From a virus: a stretch of DNA of 64,000 bases. The stretch's first letter is position 1. Every line of letters begins with the position of its first letter. A program made the translations under genes and the position numbers. Below, in pieces: positions 20,501-29,272 of the stretch. The notes under the pieces are model-generated. The model did not search any database. It was not told where the DNA came from and saw only the letters and a program-made list of their open reading frames with translations. The stretch spans positions 13,123 to 77,122 of the IMG/VR virus record IMGVR_UViG_3300028490_000007; one strand, 5' to 3'.

Positions 20501-21711
20501 AGAAAAGATATGCAATGTCAACAGAGCTTACTCTACAGAACTATACCAAGCACCTGTATAGAAAAGTGCATATTGGTGATGTTGACTCAAGAGTTGATAT
20601 TCCATGGAGAGCTGTACTTACAAGAAGAGTATATTCCGGCAGAAAGTGGGTAAATGTTACAACTCTTGGGAACAAGACTGAAGAGACCATAAACAGTTTT
20701 CACATAGAGATAAATAGTGACAGCCCAGTCGAAGATAGAGTATATAGAGAAATAGCTAGAACCGGATATTTCTCATCAAATATAGACCTTGGACTAAACC
20801 ACTTGTCAACTGGAATTTCAACAGAATTTAAAGACTCTGTTTGGAATATACTTATTGATGCTATAGAGATAGCAGACGATGGATCTATTGTGTCCATTAA
20901 CAGTGCTAAGTCATACCTTCAAGCATTGTATCAAGGGTTTGAGCGAATGACGCAGGAGCAGTTTGGTACACTTCTCCTTGGTAGGAGTGCGTATTTTGAG
21001 TTGGAAGACGAGGAGCAAGACGACATATATAGTCCAATCACGACTTTATTCCTAAAGATCCTCTTATACTTCAAAGATAAAAAAGCAACCATAGCATACG
21101 CTAACTGGAATGCTGAGTTTGATAAGATACTAGGTCTACTGTTTATGGATGATGAGTTTGAAGAAGAAATTCTTTCATATGAGGCATTCCTTCTTTGGGT
21201 TGGAGCCATGGGTGCAATGTCTGCATTCTCATGGGAAAGCTCATTGAGTACAGATATCCTAGCTATTGCTGGGTCGGTAGATATGGACGGATATAAAGAA
21301 GCGATACTGAGAGTGGAGACGGCTATGGCTCCAGACTTTGAAAGTGTCAATGAAAATAGTTATAGTACGACAATATCTATGTCCAATGTTGATGGGTTCA
21401 TAATTCCGACCATAAACATAGTAGCAATAAATGTTGCTCCTGTGGCAGATGCTGGACCTGACAAAACAGGTACAACAAGTGTAACTTTTGAGTTGAATGG
21501 ATCTGCAAGTACAGATGCTAACACACTAGACACTTTAACCTACATATGGACTATAGAAACAGACCCTTCGTCTGGAACTGACAGTATTGTCAATTCCGGA
21601 GAAAAGATAGCGAGCTTCACTCCTAGTACAGCAGGGACTTACACAATTAAACTTGTTGTTAGCGACGGAACTCTAAGCAGTGAAGATACTGCAACATATA
21701 CAATCTCATAA
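17539..21711 (+). CDS. Large virion protein with C-terminal PKD/Ig-like domain
   Basis: 1390 aa. C-terminus NVAPVADAGPD...LNGSASTD...LTYIWT...FTPSTAGTYTIKLVVSDG is a canonical PKD-type module. Confidence 0.7.
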   Translation: MGIDNDWLLENLSGSYSLGAVDDAVDSLIGEYDTLIDKITDDKRNYMLEAVSTMKEKIITSRVENVLELIDSTQFTDGDEFRVIGTGITVTARKYIDGETGSPAWTIEKIEQAMSGSFEEVSKIETAAVPGGYSSVSNSMTKKDLAETRNAIASNTDTITVPFAELETVATSDGYSILDISTFITRYIPALTEGQIDLVKLNIASELKSVKVSVSNVSFIEHNMTDGELKGSGSKITDYTETTAASSASPYSDTLHVVLNYADDYVVNVGGVDYTYSASDFETAEDVAAGIEGELGNDTSLNVSTDTGYWSKVFQNGNGDRVFGWYAENTDDGVSYEVQMIVPTGVADFGIEQDGVNPEKIIITFEHDGFDPVYPPIADIRDAVNAFADVDIRVVVMPGFSDGDEYNTADNVTLEQGASKIVIESAQQQTITVSTAKAHKTKLVHNTDFSAATAQIGVFEVVKFNPTNTYSVTIGGQQLDLDPSANGNESVVDETSLAQKIASMVNAAALGVVASSTGTIVTIVVSSAGSTITVSNSGEFNYVQPISRDTLLRYDIRNIPNVNASTISQLRKSGNVVTSKGEPLNKTDVSKLSTSGIVYSDSFIMFPQVPTLVDETENFVQKIGRSAVALEQTVKIEKEKIATAGDLVSPIVRSMAKPLFPLYSTDQAKSSRWFFVEAGANSLAARSTIGIALSTIAPKDYEKLVLKDDNATFSSVREKRLPSVGQNYESIISLLSEKTQSYNASGQKAIIPIPSDIVSSNMIDIIEAYLTKVQLDGFIKFALLPQIVSGDEFMKMDKLKAEVASIFSTLDLVGTIVSVSDKYRVVVDFEDLEPDVWAIRDAFTGTTFEVEHVVPDFTWETKAPFPSTDIIEHTGTRYVIKPEIMNSFIILKDPDSLYKALLELTIQIDDSLMEQRFIALAGSYVIDASKVLELYADELFASYVFGVNEAETPPENNYGLGGIPIDATVTMSKLYFRNMRNQALPKPEKRYAMSTELTLQNYTKHLYRKVHIGDVDSRVDIPWRAVLTRRVYSGRKWVNVTTLGNKTEETINSFHIEINSDSPVEDRVYREIARTGYFSSNIDLGLNHLSTGISTEFKDSVWNILIDAIEIADDGSIVSINSAKSYLQALYQGFERMTQEQFGTLLLGRSAYFELEDEEQDDIYSPITTLFLKILLYFKDKKATIAYANWNAEFDKILGLLFMDDEFEEEILSYEAFLLWVGAMGAMSAFSWESSLSTDILAIAGSVDMDGYKEAILRVETAMAPDFESVNENSYSTTISMSNVDGFIIPTINIVAINVAPVADAGPDKTGTTSVTFELNGSASTDANTLDTLTYIWTIETDPSSGTDSIVNSGEKIASFTPSTAGTYTIKLVVSDGTLSSEDTATYTIS

Positions 21712-21721
21712 GGAGTAAGTA

Positions 21722-21946
21722 GTGAAATATAAAAAACAGGTGGGGCTAGTAACTCACCCGGAACTCAGAGATTTATCCAAGACAAAAACCTTATTCGTTG
21801 ATGGAGTTTCTGCTGCACGTATGGCTCTTGACTCAAAGGATGCCCTTGTCCACGGAGACGTTACAGGAATGTGCGACTTTCTCCTAGCAAAGGGACACAC
21901 CAAGCGACTTTATGATATGATTGCAGACGTAACTATATCACATTAA
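21722..21946 (+). CDS. Hypothetical protein
   Basis: GTG start with AAGGAG SD. Confidence 0.55.
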   Translation: MKYKKQVGLVTHPELRDLSKTKTLFVDGVSAARMALDSKDALVHGDVTGMCDFLLAKGHTKRLYDMIADVTISH

Positions 21947-21955
21947 GGAGAAAAA

Positions 21956-22156
21956 ATGGATTTCCACACTATGTCATGCACGAAGCTGAGAGGCTTTTTG
22001 GAAGGCAAGCGAACCGAATGGTTTACTGACAATATCACACTTACTGATCTTCAACTTATAAAGAGAAGAATGTATCAGTGTAGCCCACAAGTGTATGCAA
22101 AGATGAGTAGATTTTTTGGCTTTGTTGAACACAATATAGCGAGAAAGAGAAAATGA
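21956..22156 (+). CDS. Hypothetical protein
   Basis: AAGGAG SD. ATGA overlap with the next gene. Confidence 0.55.
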   Translation: MDFHTMSCTKLRGFLEGKRTEWFTDNITLTDLQLIKRRMYQCSPQVYAKMSRFFGFVEHNIARKRK

Positions 22157-22368
22157 GATGGCTTCGTGAGAAATTAAATCCTGTATCTAAAACAACATCT
22201 ATACATTCTCAAATGTATGTATTTGATGAGCACACGGAGGCAACTGTATATGCAGACCTTATGACGCAAATAGAGCAGAGTCCAAATCTGGAACTTGTAA
22301 AAGAAGAAGAGAATTGGGATCAAACAGGTATTCTTACGAAGATTGTAACATATAGAAGAAGGAGCTGA
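22153..22368 (+). CDS. Hypothetical protein
   Basis: 71 aa, translationally coupled. Confidence 0.55.
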   Translation: MRWLREKLNPVSKTTSIHSQMYVFDEHTEATVYADLMTQIEQSPNLELVKEEENWDQTGILTKIVTYRRRS

Positions 22369-22369
22369 C

Positions 22370-22699
22370 ATGGCCAAGAGTGACTTAACTAAACTTGAGA
22401 TTTCTGGAGTGCTGAGAAAAATGCATATCTTTAATTCATTAGACATAGAGACTGGTTTAATAGAGGGCAAGACAGATAGTATCAGGAAGTCACACAGGGT
22501 AGGGCTCAACACCTTTGCAAGCGGTGGATACAATGAGAAATTCGGTATCGACATGATGAATAAGATTGTTGGAGGGAATGGCATCATAGCTGTATCTGCA
22601 ACAAGAGGTCTCGACTTCGCTATATTCACAATAGACATAAAGTCTGTCTTTGATGACAGAACACTACAAATTAAATACCCACACGGAGGATATAAATAA
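22370..22699 (+). CDS. Hypothetical protein
   Basis: 109 aa, AAGGAG SD. Confidence 0.55.
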   Translation: MAKSDLTKLEISGVLRKMHIFNSLDIETGLIEGKTDSIRKSHRVGLNTFASGGYNEKFGIDMMNKIVGGNGIIAVSATRGLDFAIFTIDIKSVFDDRTLQIKYPHGGYK

Positions 22700-23379
22700 T
22701 GGCAAATATTGTTATAAATGCAGGTGTTTCTAAGATATACAAGAATAAAGCTTCTGGTATAGCTTCAGCACTTAAAGGGAAAAGTATTATTGGGTTCATG
22801 GATGTGAGACCAGTAAAATACAAAAACAAGACAAAGCACATAGCCGGTCTAAGATATGATAAAAATGAGAGAACATTTTTCCTCACCTCCCCAAAGAGAG
22901 CTGACGCTGTAAATATTGGTGTCTTTATTTCTACATATGACCTTGAACTTGTTCACGGTAAGATTATGGCAAAAGAGGAGCTTCGTGATGTGTACGAGCT
23001 TCCGTCTGTGTCGGCCAAGTTTGAAAGAGGTGGATATGATAAAGAAATGGAAGCTGCACCCGGAGAGCGAACAGTAAACGTGCAGCCAAAAAAAGTAAAC
23101 CTTAAGATCATAGTTGCAACTGCAACAGACAGGCTTATCTTGAGAAACTCCAAGGGGTTTATTTTCACTTGTGACTTCAAAGATGGAAAATGGTATACAT
23201 TGCGACCTGGGACAAAAAAAGCTACAATATACAATATGAAAACAGACGACTTAGAAAGTGCCAGTGTATTTAGAGACTCTCTACCTTTCCCTGCACTTGA
23301 CAGAAAGCTGTTCGACAACTCATCTATGCTTGAATTTGAAGATTTCGACATGGATAAGCACATCAAAGAAAACGTGTAA
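22699..23379 (+). CDS. Hypothetical basic protein
   Basis: 226 aa, TAATG coupling. Confidence 0.6.
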   Translation: MANIVINAGVSKIYKNKASGIASALKGKSIIGFMDVRPVKYKNKTKHIAGLRYDKNERTFFLTSPKRADAVNIGVFISTYDLELVHGKIMAKEELRDVYELPSVSAKFERGGYDKEMEAAPGERTVNVQPKKVNLKIIVATATDRLILRNSKGFIFTCDFKDGKWYTLRPGTKKATIYNMKTDDLESASVFRDSLPFPALDRKLFDNSSMLEFEDFDMDKHIKENV

Positions 23380-23391
23380 CAGGAGACAATT

Positions 23392-24783
23392 ATGGCAAGG
23401 AATTTCGACTTTAAAAAGTATAAAGCTATCGTAGATTATATTCAGGGGTCAACTGGTGGAATAACCACATCAATAGACAACCTCCTTAAGGGGAGCATTG
23501 AACTAAGAAGAAATTCCGTAGCTTCTATTGTTAAGTACAGTACGTCAATCAAAGAGGTTGTTATCGGGAGACTGACATCAACCATCAGGACTGACATATG
23601 GGCTTCCTCTGGTGATATAAAGCTTGCAGTTATCGCAGGTACTACAGTATCATTTGAGGAAGACTATAAATATGAGCCTGACTCTATGTTGCCATCATCC
23701 ATAAACCCAAGCATACTTAATGCTATTGGTGAGAAGTTTGTAAGGAAGAGTAGTGGAGAAATTGTCCTTCAGAGAGAATATTCTCCATCAGTAACAACTT
23801 TTGCAGACGGTGATATTCCAAGCATTCTCTTCCTAAAGGAAAATTATGTAACGAAACAAGATGGAACTTTCTATGGAAAGGTGATCTTAGCCTCTGACTC
23901 TAAGAGTAACCGGAAGTCTGCAGTAAATGGAATTATAGCCGAGAAACTATCTGGGACCTCAAAAGAAAAAAAAGAAATGCGTACCTATTCAAAAAAGGTG
24001 TTGTCCAACTTTTTTGATGTTGCAGATAACGGAAAGATATCAATGTCGTCAAATCCAACAGCTCTCGTTGTTGGACCAGGTGTTGTGCTATCAGATGCAC
24101 CTACAGAGAAGTCATTAATCACGTCTAGTAACATTTACAGTGCAGCAGTGAGAAAAGACCTCTCAAACATGACTCCTTGTGTCATGGAAACAAGTGGAGT
24201 AGGGATAGATAAAGTATTAACAGAAGACGATGCTATGGTTGATATATTATCAATAGGTACAATTACAGAAGATGTTCATACTCTTCCTAAAGACTGTCAG
24301 CCGGGGTACACGACTTCTATAATTCACGCCTCGATTGAAGATATGTCAAACAACTCTGTTCTTGATAAGTATGGTGTGATTGAAATGGAAGGAATACTAA
24401 ACTTAGATAAAGAGCAGTTTAGACCTACTGAAGCTGTCTCTATGTTTACTAGGCTATTTGCCTTGACGCCTCTAGGACACACTCCTGCCCAAGAAGATGT
24501 TGTTAAAGCTCGTGGAAAAACAGCATCTACAATAAAGCTCGTTTATGAAATGGTTGCATCTAGGCTACTTATAGAAAACAGAGGCTTGTTTATTGACAAT
24601 AGAGAATACTTAAATCAAGTAGCCATATCATCACTGTTGTTAAAGCCTACATCGTCCCCGGAATTCAATAGACGACCAGTATTGCAGTCTCTAGTTAACG
24701 ACATAGCAACTGTCAGAGATCTATCTGACATGCTGAATGGCATCACCTCTTCTACTTCCACTGGAAAAGTAAGGAGTTGGTAG
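23392..24783 (+). CDS. Hypothetical protein (tail/baseplate region)
   Basis: 463 aa, AGGAG SD, no recognised motif. Confidence 0.6.
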   Translation: MARNFDFKKYKAIVDYIQGSTGGITTSIDNLLKGSIELRRNSVASIVKYSTSIKEVVIGRLTSTIRTDIWASSGDIKLAVIAGTTVSFEEDYKYEPDSMLPSSINPSILNAIGEKFVRKSSGEIVLQREYSPSVTTFADGDIPSILFLKENYVTKQDGTFYGKVILASDSKSNRKSAVNGIIAEKLSGTSKEKKEMRTYSKKVLSNFFDVADNGKISMSSNPTALVVGPGVVLSDAPTEKSLITSSNIYSAAVRKDLSNMTPCVMETSGVGIDKVLTEDDAMVDILSIGTITEDVHTLPKDCQPGYTTSIIHASIEDMSNNSVLDKYGVIEMEGILNLDKEQFRPTEAVSMFTRLFALTPLGHTPAQEDVVKARGKTASTIKLVYEMVASRLLIENRGLFIDNREYLNQVAISSLLLKPTSSPEFNRRPVLQSLVNDIATVRDLSDMLNGITSSTSTGKVRSW

Positions 24784-26160
24784 ATGGCTTTCTTGGAAGA
24801 TGTGCTCACCCCCATGCTGGGAATATATACAATTACTGCAAGGTCTGAGTTTAATGGATTTGCCCAATGGTATACTATTAACGTAGAGCGTTCTCCAAGT
24901 TCAGAGTTTGCGGCACCAGAGGGATATATTATGACATCCTCAAACGAAGTAATCAGTACGGCAGGAGTAGCGTTAATAGAGACTTATGTACCAAAAATGA
25001 TACTAGATATACAGAAGCTAATTCTTGTACTTCCCAGTCAAGATGCAAAGCCTGACAGCGGACCGACATCAAAGGTTCCAGTGTTCTCATATGTAGACGC
25101 TGCTGATATTGCAGACCATGCTTTAAATATCCCTTATGTTCTTAATGCCCTACTTACTAAAGTCGGGTCTGAGGCAGGAGTTACAATGTCTTCTTCTCTC
25201 CAACAGACATATATATTGTTTGGTCAATACTTTGTAGTCCCACCGTATACGATAACATATATGCTACAAGTAAGCAGGCTTACTCCTATGAGTGCTATGG
25301 GGACAATATATCAAGGGCTAGGACTTGTCCTTAAGCAACAGACTGGAGGGGAATTCGTTCTTACTGACTTGACAACACTAATGGGTGGTCCAGCCACTTC
25401 TGTGAGTAGTGGTAATATCGTGTCGGTTACTTCTGGGTACGACTTTACGAGAATACCAAAGACGCAATCTATTCACTTTGATGCCGGTGGAGACATAACA
25501 GATACCGACTTAACAAAGAGACAAGATGCCGAAGCTATTGGAAACGCAGACTTGGAGAGCCACAGTAATTATGCCAACAACCATTTGCTTACCAGAGGTA
25601 CAGCAGGAGCTGCCGTTTCGGTAGCTGTAGGATCTGATGCTCATATGGTTCAAGAACCAGTGCCTCTTCTTATGACCGCAGGGCTAAAAGATATTATCCC
25701 AGACGGTGATGGTAAAGCTACTATATCACTAGGTGATGTAGAAAAGGTAGTACAGCTTGAGCGTATAAAGAAGGTCAATGACCAACTGTTTGCTAAGGTT
25801 GACATGAATGCTACAGAAGAAGAATGGAACTATGCTGCGGCTAAAGTTGTACTTGTTGCCTTGTTTATGGAGAAACTACAAGCTATAATGAGTCTAAAGA
25901 TATTAATGGCATCATCGTCCAAAACAGCAGTTGTAGATGATACTCTTGTTGAAGCATATGGAAATATTGAGTTCTCTGATGGAGAAGTATCCCTTCAGAA
26001 GGCTGTAATAAGCAATACGGGGGTGGAACAAGTTACTGAAGAGGGGAATTTGGCAGACCACGGATTTGTCATCGGAGTAACTCTGGTACTACAAGCAGGA
26101 CTTCAGACATCAACAGTATCCTATGTAAACTTATCAGAAGCATATGAAGGAATTTTTTAA
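24784..26160 (+). CDS. Hypothetical protein (possible baseplate hub)
   Basis: 458 aa, AAGGAG SD. Function suggested by position and composition only. Confidence 0.5.
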   Translation: MAFLEDVLTPMLGIYTITARSEFNGFAQWYTINVERSPSSEFAAPEGYIMTSSNEVISTAGVALIETYVPKMILDIQKLILVLPSQDAKPDSGPTSKVPVFSYVDAADIADHALNIPYVLNALLTKVGSEAGVTMSSSLQQTYILFGQYFVVPPYTITYMLQVSRLTPMSAMGTIYQGLGLVLKQQTGGEFVLTDLTTLMGGPATSVSSGNIVSVTSGYDFTRIPKTQSIHFDAGGDITDTDLTKRQDAEAIGNADLESHSNYANNHLLTRGTAGAAVSVAVGSDAHMVQEPVPLLMTAGLKDIIPDGDGKATISLGDVEKVVQLERIKKVNDQLFAKVDMNATEEEWNYAAAKVVLVALFMEKLQAIMSLKILMASSSKTAVVDDTLVEAYGNIEFSDGEVSLQKAVISNTGVEQVTEEGNLADHGFVIGVTLVLQAGLQTSTVSYVNLSEAYEGIF

Positions 26161-26456
26161 TGGAAACACTAGACGTAGTAGTAGGTAACACGGTTGACTT
26201 TTTTGTGGACGTAGAGGGTATGACAGACTCCCCTACTGAGGCAAAGATTGAGATTTACAAAAACAAAGTATATGGTATTGGACTAGAAGAAATAGTTGAT
26301 ACTTTCTTGCCATCTCTCATATCGGGGCAGACTATTCAGTTCTCCTTTGATACCGATGTGATGGCACCTATCCCCTCTGTGCTGTATGGGCGTTTTTTTG
26401 TTAACGATAATGGCAAGAAGATAAACGCCTATTTCAAGCTAAAATTTATATACTGA
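26160..26456 (+). CDS. Small beta-sandwich protein (BppU N-terminal-like, tentative)
   Basis: 98 aa, starts VVGNTVDFFVDV, all-beta pattern. Confidence 0.45.
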   Translation: METLDVVVGNTVDFFVDVEGMTDSPTEAKIEIYKNKVYGIGLEEIVDTFLPSLISGQTIQFSFDTDVMAPIPSVLYGRFFVNDNGKKINAYFKLKFIY

Positions 26457-26481
26457 CTTTTGCACAAAGTTAAGGTATAAT
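26453..26481 (+). promoter_or_regulatory. sigma70-type promoter CTGACT-17-TATAAT
   Basis: -35 at 26453-26458, 17-nt spacer, -10 at 26476-26481, then AAGGA SD and ATG at 26518. Confidence 0.6.
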
Positions 26482-26517
26482 TACAGTGTTATTAAACACA
26501 CATAAAAGGAATACCCT

Positions 26518-27360
26518 ATGGCATTAAGAAAAAGAAGAATTGGATCGATTGACGGTCTTACAAACCTACTAGCTAGTAAGGTTGGCGTAGCAGCTATTAT
26601 GGCTGCAAAAGCTGACGTTGAAGCTTCAAACAGTGTTTCTACAGTTGCATCATCTGCAGCAGTGAACGAAATTGTATTAGGTTTAACTAACCAAATCAAC
26701 AACTTGTCTACAGGAATGAATGGACTTATTGATGATGCGGCTGACACAGGTAACACTGTAACTTGGTCTGTTGATAAGATCAAAGGATACGTTGCATCTG
26801 TTGATGACTCTATTGTTGTCTCTGACATCTCTGAGAGAGATAATGTTTCTGACGTATACGACTCATTGATTGCATATGTAATTGATACTACTGGAGATAC
26901 TTCTCTTGGTAATGAAGAAGGTACTGCTGCGGCATATATCTACATTGACGGTTCAGGTTGGGCTCTTTTACAGATCCTTGCACAGAACATTGACGTAACT
27001 CCATTCGTTAAGTATTCTGACATCGTTAACGATCTTACTACTGGTGGTACAATGGTTCCATTGTCTGCTGAGCAAGGTAAAGAACTTAAAAGTCTTGTTG
27101 ACGCTGCGGCTGACTCAACTGAGATTGCTGTTGATAACGGACTTGTTATTACTGGTGACGGATTTGACTCTACATACACTCCTGTTGGAGCTGTTATCGG
27201 AGGAACTGCAGAAGTTGAAGTATCGTCTGGCGTTTGGGACGTTGTTGATATTGTTGCAGGTGCAAATGGTAAAGCATGGCTTTTACTTCCAACTACAGCT
27301 AACGAGTACGATGGTAAAACTTGTCGTATCTCATACCTTAAGTCTTCTACTGAAGCATAA
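26518..27360 (+). CDS. Fibre-like structural protein
   Basis: Contains phage fibre repeat motifs TWSVDKI and DIVNDLTTGGTMVPLSAEQGKELK. Confidence 0.6.
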   Translation: MALRKRRIGSIDGLTNLLASKVGVAAIMAAKADVEASNSVSTVASSAAVNEIVLGLTNQINNLSTGMNGLIDDAADTGNTVTWSVDKIKGYVASVDDSIVVSDISERDNVSDVYDSLIAYVIDTTGDTSLGNEEGTAAAYIYIDGSGWALLQILAQNIDVTPFVKYSDIVNDLTTGGTMVPLSAEQGKELKSLVDAAADSTEIAVDNGLVITGDGFDSTYTPVGAVIGGTAEVEVSSGVWDVVDIVAGANGKAWLLLPTTANEYDGKTCRISYLKSSTEA

Positions 27361-27366
27361 TCTACC

Positions 27367-27388
27367 AGGCAGGGGGCTTCCCTTGCCT
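27367..27388 (+). terminator. RNA hairpin after gene end (no immediate U-tract)
   Basis: AGGCAGGGG-GCTT-CCCTTGCCT, 9-bp stem. Confidence 0.5.
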
Positions 27389-27443
27389 ACCCTCCACATA
27401 AAACCACCCTTTTTACATTGTTTGTTTTTATTAAACTTTACGC

Positions 27444-27449
27444 TATAAT
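27444..27449 (+). promoter_or_regulatory. -10 element TATAAT with T-rich upstream region
   Basis: Lies 45-50 nt upstream of the ATG at 27494, followed by an A-rich leader and AAGGA SD. Confidence 0.55.
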
Positions 27450-27493
27450 ACTGTTGTGGGCAAAACCAAATCAAAACAGAAAGGAATAATGTC

Positions 27494-28939
27494 ATGACAT
27501 TTTTTCAAAAAGTAGCAAGCTTCGGACAAGCAGTTCAAGCAAGCGAGGACGTAGAAAGCATCGTAAAAGTTGCAGCAGAGAGTGATGTATCACGTAACGA
27601 TCTTATTGTATTACACAACCTAACAGTAGGTAATGTATACACAGGTGAAGATATTGTAAAAGTTGCAGAGGACGAAGCAGATAGTATTCTACTTGTAGCT
27701 GTATCAGCATACGAGAAAGTAGCATCTGGAGAAATCGACGAAGCACAAGCTATCTCAATGGTAGAAGAAGCTGGTCTTGTAGCAGACGATCTTTATGACG
27801 TTGCAGGTCTTATTGACAAGCAAGCATCAGAAGCTGGCGTTGTTGCAGATCAAGATGTATGGGAAAAAGTAGCTGAAGCTCATGAGTTCCTTGTAGAAGC
27901 AGGACTAGATCCAGTAGCTTCAATGGAATTTGCTGAAACTTATTCTGCTGCAGAAGATGGAGAAGCTCAAGATAAAGTAGCTTCAGAATTTGACGGGCTA
28001 GACGAAGAGTCTTTTGACAAAATCGCAGAAGCTCATGAATTCCTTTCAGACATTGAAGGTGTTTCGCTTACTGATCTTATGGATGAGTATGACAAAGAAG
28101 CAGGTTCTAAAGTTGACGCTGCAAAAAAAGCACTTAACTCTGTGAAAGACGATCTTTCAGGAGAAAAGTCTAAGCGTGTAGCTAAGTCAATGAAATCTGG
28201 TCTTTGGAATAAAAAATCTAAAGAAGATGTTGGAATGAAGTCATTCGGTGTCTATTCGCAGAAGAACCTTAAAGGTAAGCAGAAAGCTGTAGAAAACCGT
28301 AAGCATTTAGCACGTGGTGGAGCAGCAGTAGCAGCACTTGGTGCAACTGGTGCAGCGGCAGGCTCAATGAGTAAAGAAGCATCAGAAGCATTCCAAGCAG
28401 AAGATGCAGTATGGGAAAAAGTAGCTGAAGCTCATGAGTTCCTTGTAGAAGCAGGACTTGATCCAGTAAATTCAATGGAATTCGCTGAGACTTTCTCTGC
28501 AGCAGAAGATGAAGAGGCTCAAGATAAAGTAGCTTCAGAGTTTGATGGTCTTGATGAAGAGTCAATCGATAAGATTGCTGAAGCACATGAGTTCCTTTCA
28601 GACATCGAAGGTATTTCGCTTACTGACCTTATGGGTGAGATTGAGAAAGAAGCCGGTTCTAAAGTAGACGCTGTTAAAAAAGGTCTAAAGAGAGCTAAAG
28701 ATGACTTTACTGGTGCAAATGCTAAAGCAGTTGATAAGTCAATGAAATCTGGTCTTTGGAATAAAAAATCTAAAGAAGCTGCAGGCGTTAAATCGTTTAA
28801 AGGCTACAGCAACAAGACACTTAAGGGTAAGCAGAAAGCTGTTCATACTCGTAAGAACTTAACTCGTGCAGGTGTTGTTGCCGGTGGTACTGCTGTTGCA
28901 GCAACTGGTGCAGACGCTACATTTAACGGTAGAGGGTAA
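27494..28939 (+). CDS. K-x-A-motif polyprotein-like head protein with internal duplication
   Basis: About 15 K-x-A motifs. Alternates acidic blocks and Lys-rich blocks that end in Gly/Ala hydrophobic stretches. Confidence 0.65.
   Translation: MTFFQKVASFGQAVQASEDVESIVKVAAESDVSRNDLIVLHNLTVGNVYTGEDIVKVAEDEADSILLVAVSAYEKVASGEIDEAQAISMVEEAGLVADDLYDVAGLIDKQASEAGVVADQDVWEKVAEAHEFLVEAGLDPVASMEFAETYSAAEDGEAQDKVASEFDGLDEESFDKIAEAHEFLSDIEGVSLTDLMDEYDKEAGSKVDAAKKALNSVKDDLSGEKSKRVAKSMKSGLWNKKSKEDVGMKSFGVYSQKNLKGKQKAVENRKHLARGGAAVAALGATGAAAGSMSKEASEAFQAEDAVWEKVAEAHEFLVEAGLDPVNSMEFAETFSAAEDEEAQDKVASEFDGLDEESIDKIAEAHEFLSDIEGISLTDLMGEIEKEAGSKVDAVKKGLKRAKDDFTGANAKAVDKSMKSGLWNKKSKEAAGVKSFKGYSNKTLKGKQKAVHTRKNLTRAGVVAGGTAVAATGADATFNGRG
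27857..28939 (+). repeat. Intragenic tandem duplication, 552-nt (184-aa) period
   Basis: GTATGGGAAAAAGTAGCTGAAGCTCATGAGTTCCTTGTAGAAGCAGG at 27857 and 28409. KSMKSGLWNKKSKE occurs in both copies. Confidence 0.95.
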
Positions 28940-28962
28940 AACCTCTACTTAAGGAGTAGACC

Positions 28963-29211
28963 ATGAGCACTTATTCTTTTGCAAGAGATGCGATGTCTGG
29001 CAAGTCTGTCAGACAAGCTAAGAAACTTAGAAAAAGTCTAAAAGCAAGTGGTGCTAACGATGCAACAATGAAAGCAGCTTCTAAAAGCGTAAGGAAATCC
29101 AAAGCGGAAAGTACATACGTTAGAGGAACTGCTGCCGCTGGTGCAGGTGGAGCATACATTGCTACAAAAGACAAGAAAGACGACGATAGCTTTATCCCAA
29201 AAGACTATTGA
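28963..29211 (+). CDS. Small basic protein with Gly/Ala stretch
   Basis: 82 aa, AAGGAG SD, Lys/Arg-rich, contains VRGTAAAGAGGAYIAT. Confidence 0.6.
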   Translation: MSTYSFARDAMSGKSVRQAKKLRKSLKASGANDATMKAASKSVRKSKAESTYVRGTAAAGAGGAYIATKDKKDDDSFIPKDY

Positions 29212-29272
29212 CTTTCACCCTCCCATCCAAGGATGCGAGGACTGAGGGCCCATGAAAAGACAAGGACATAGA

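Noticed and set aside
4082-27388. Hairpins as N4-type ssDNA hairpin promoters for a virion RNAP
   Set aside because: Stems rely on G.U pairs (RNA-level), loops are not conserved, and they sit right after stop codons.
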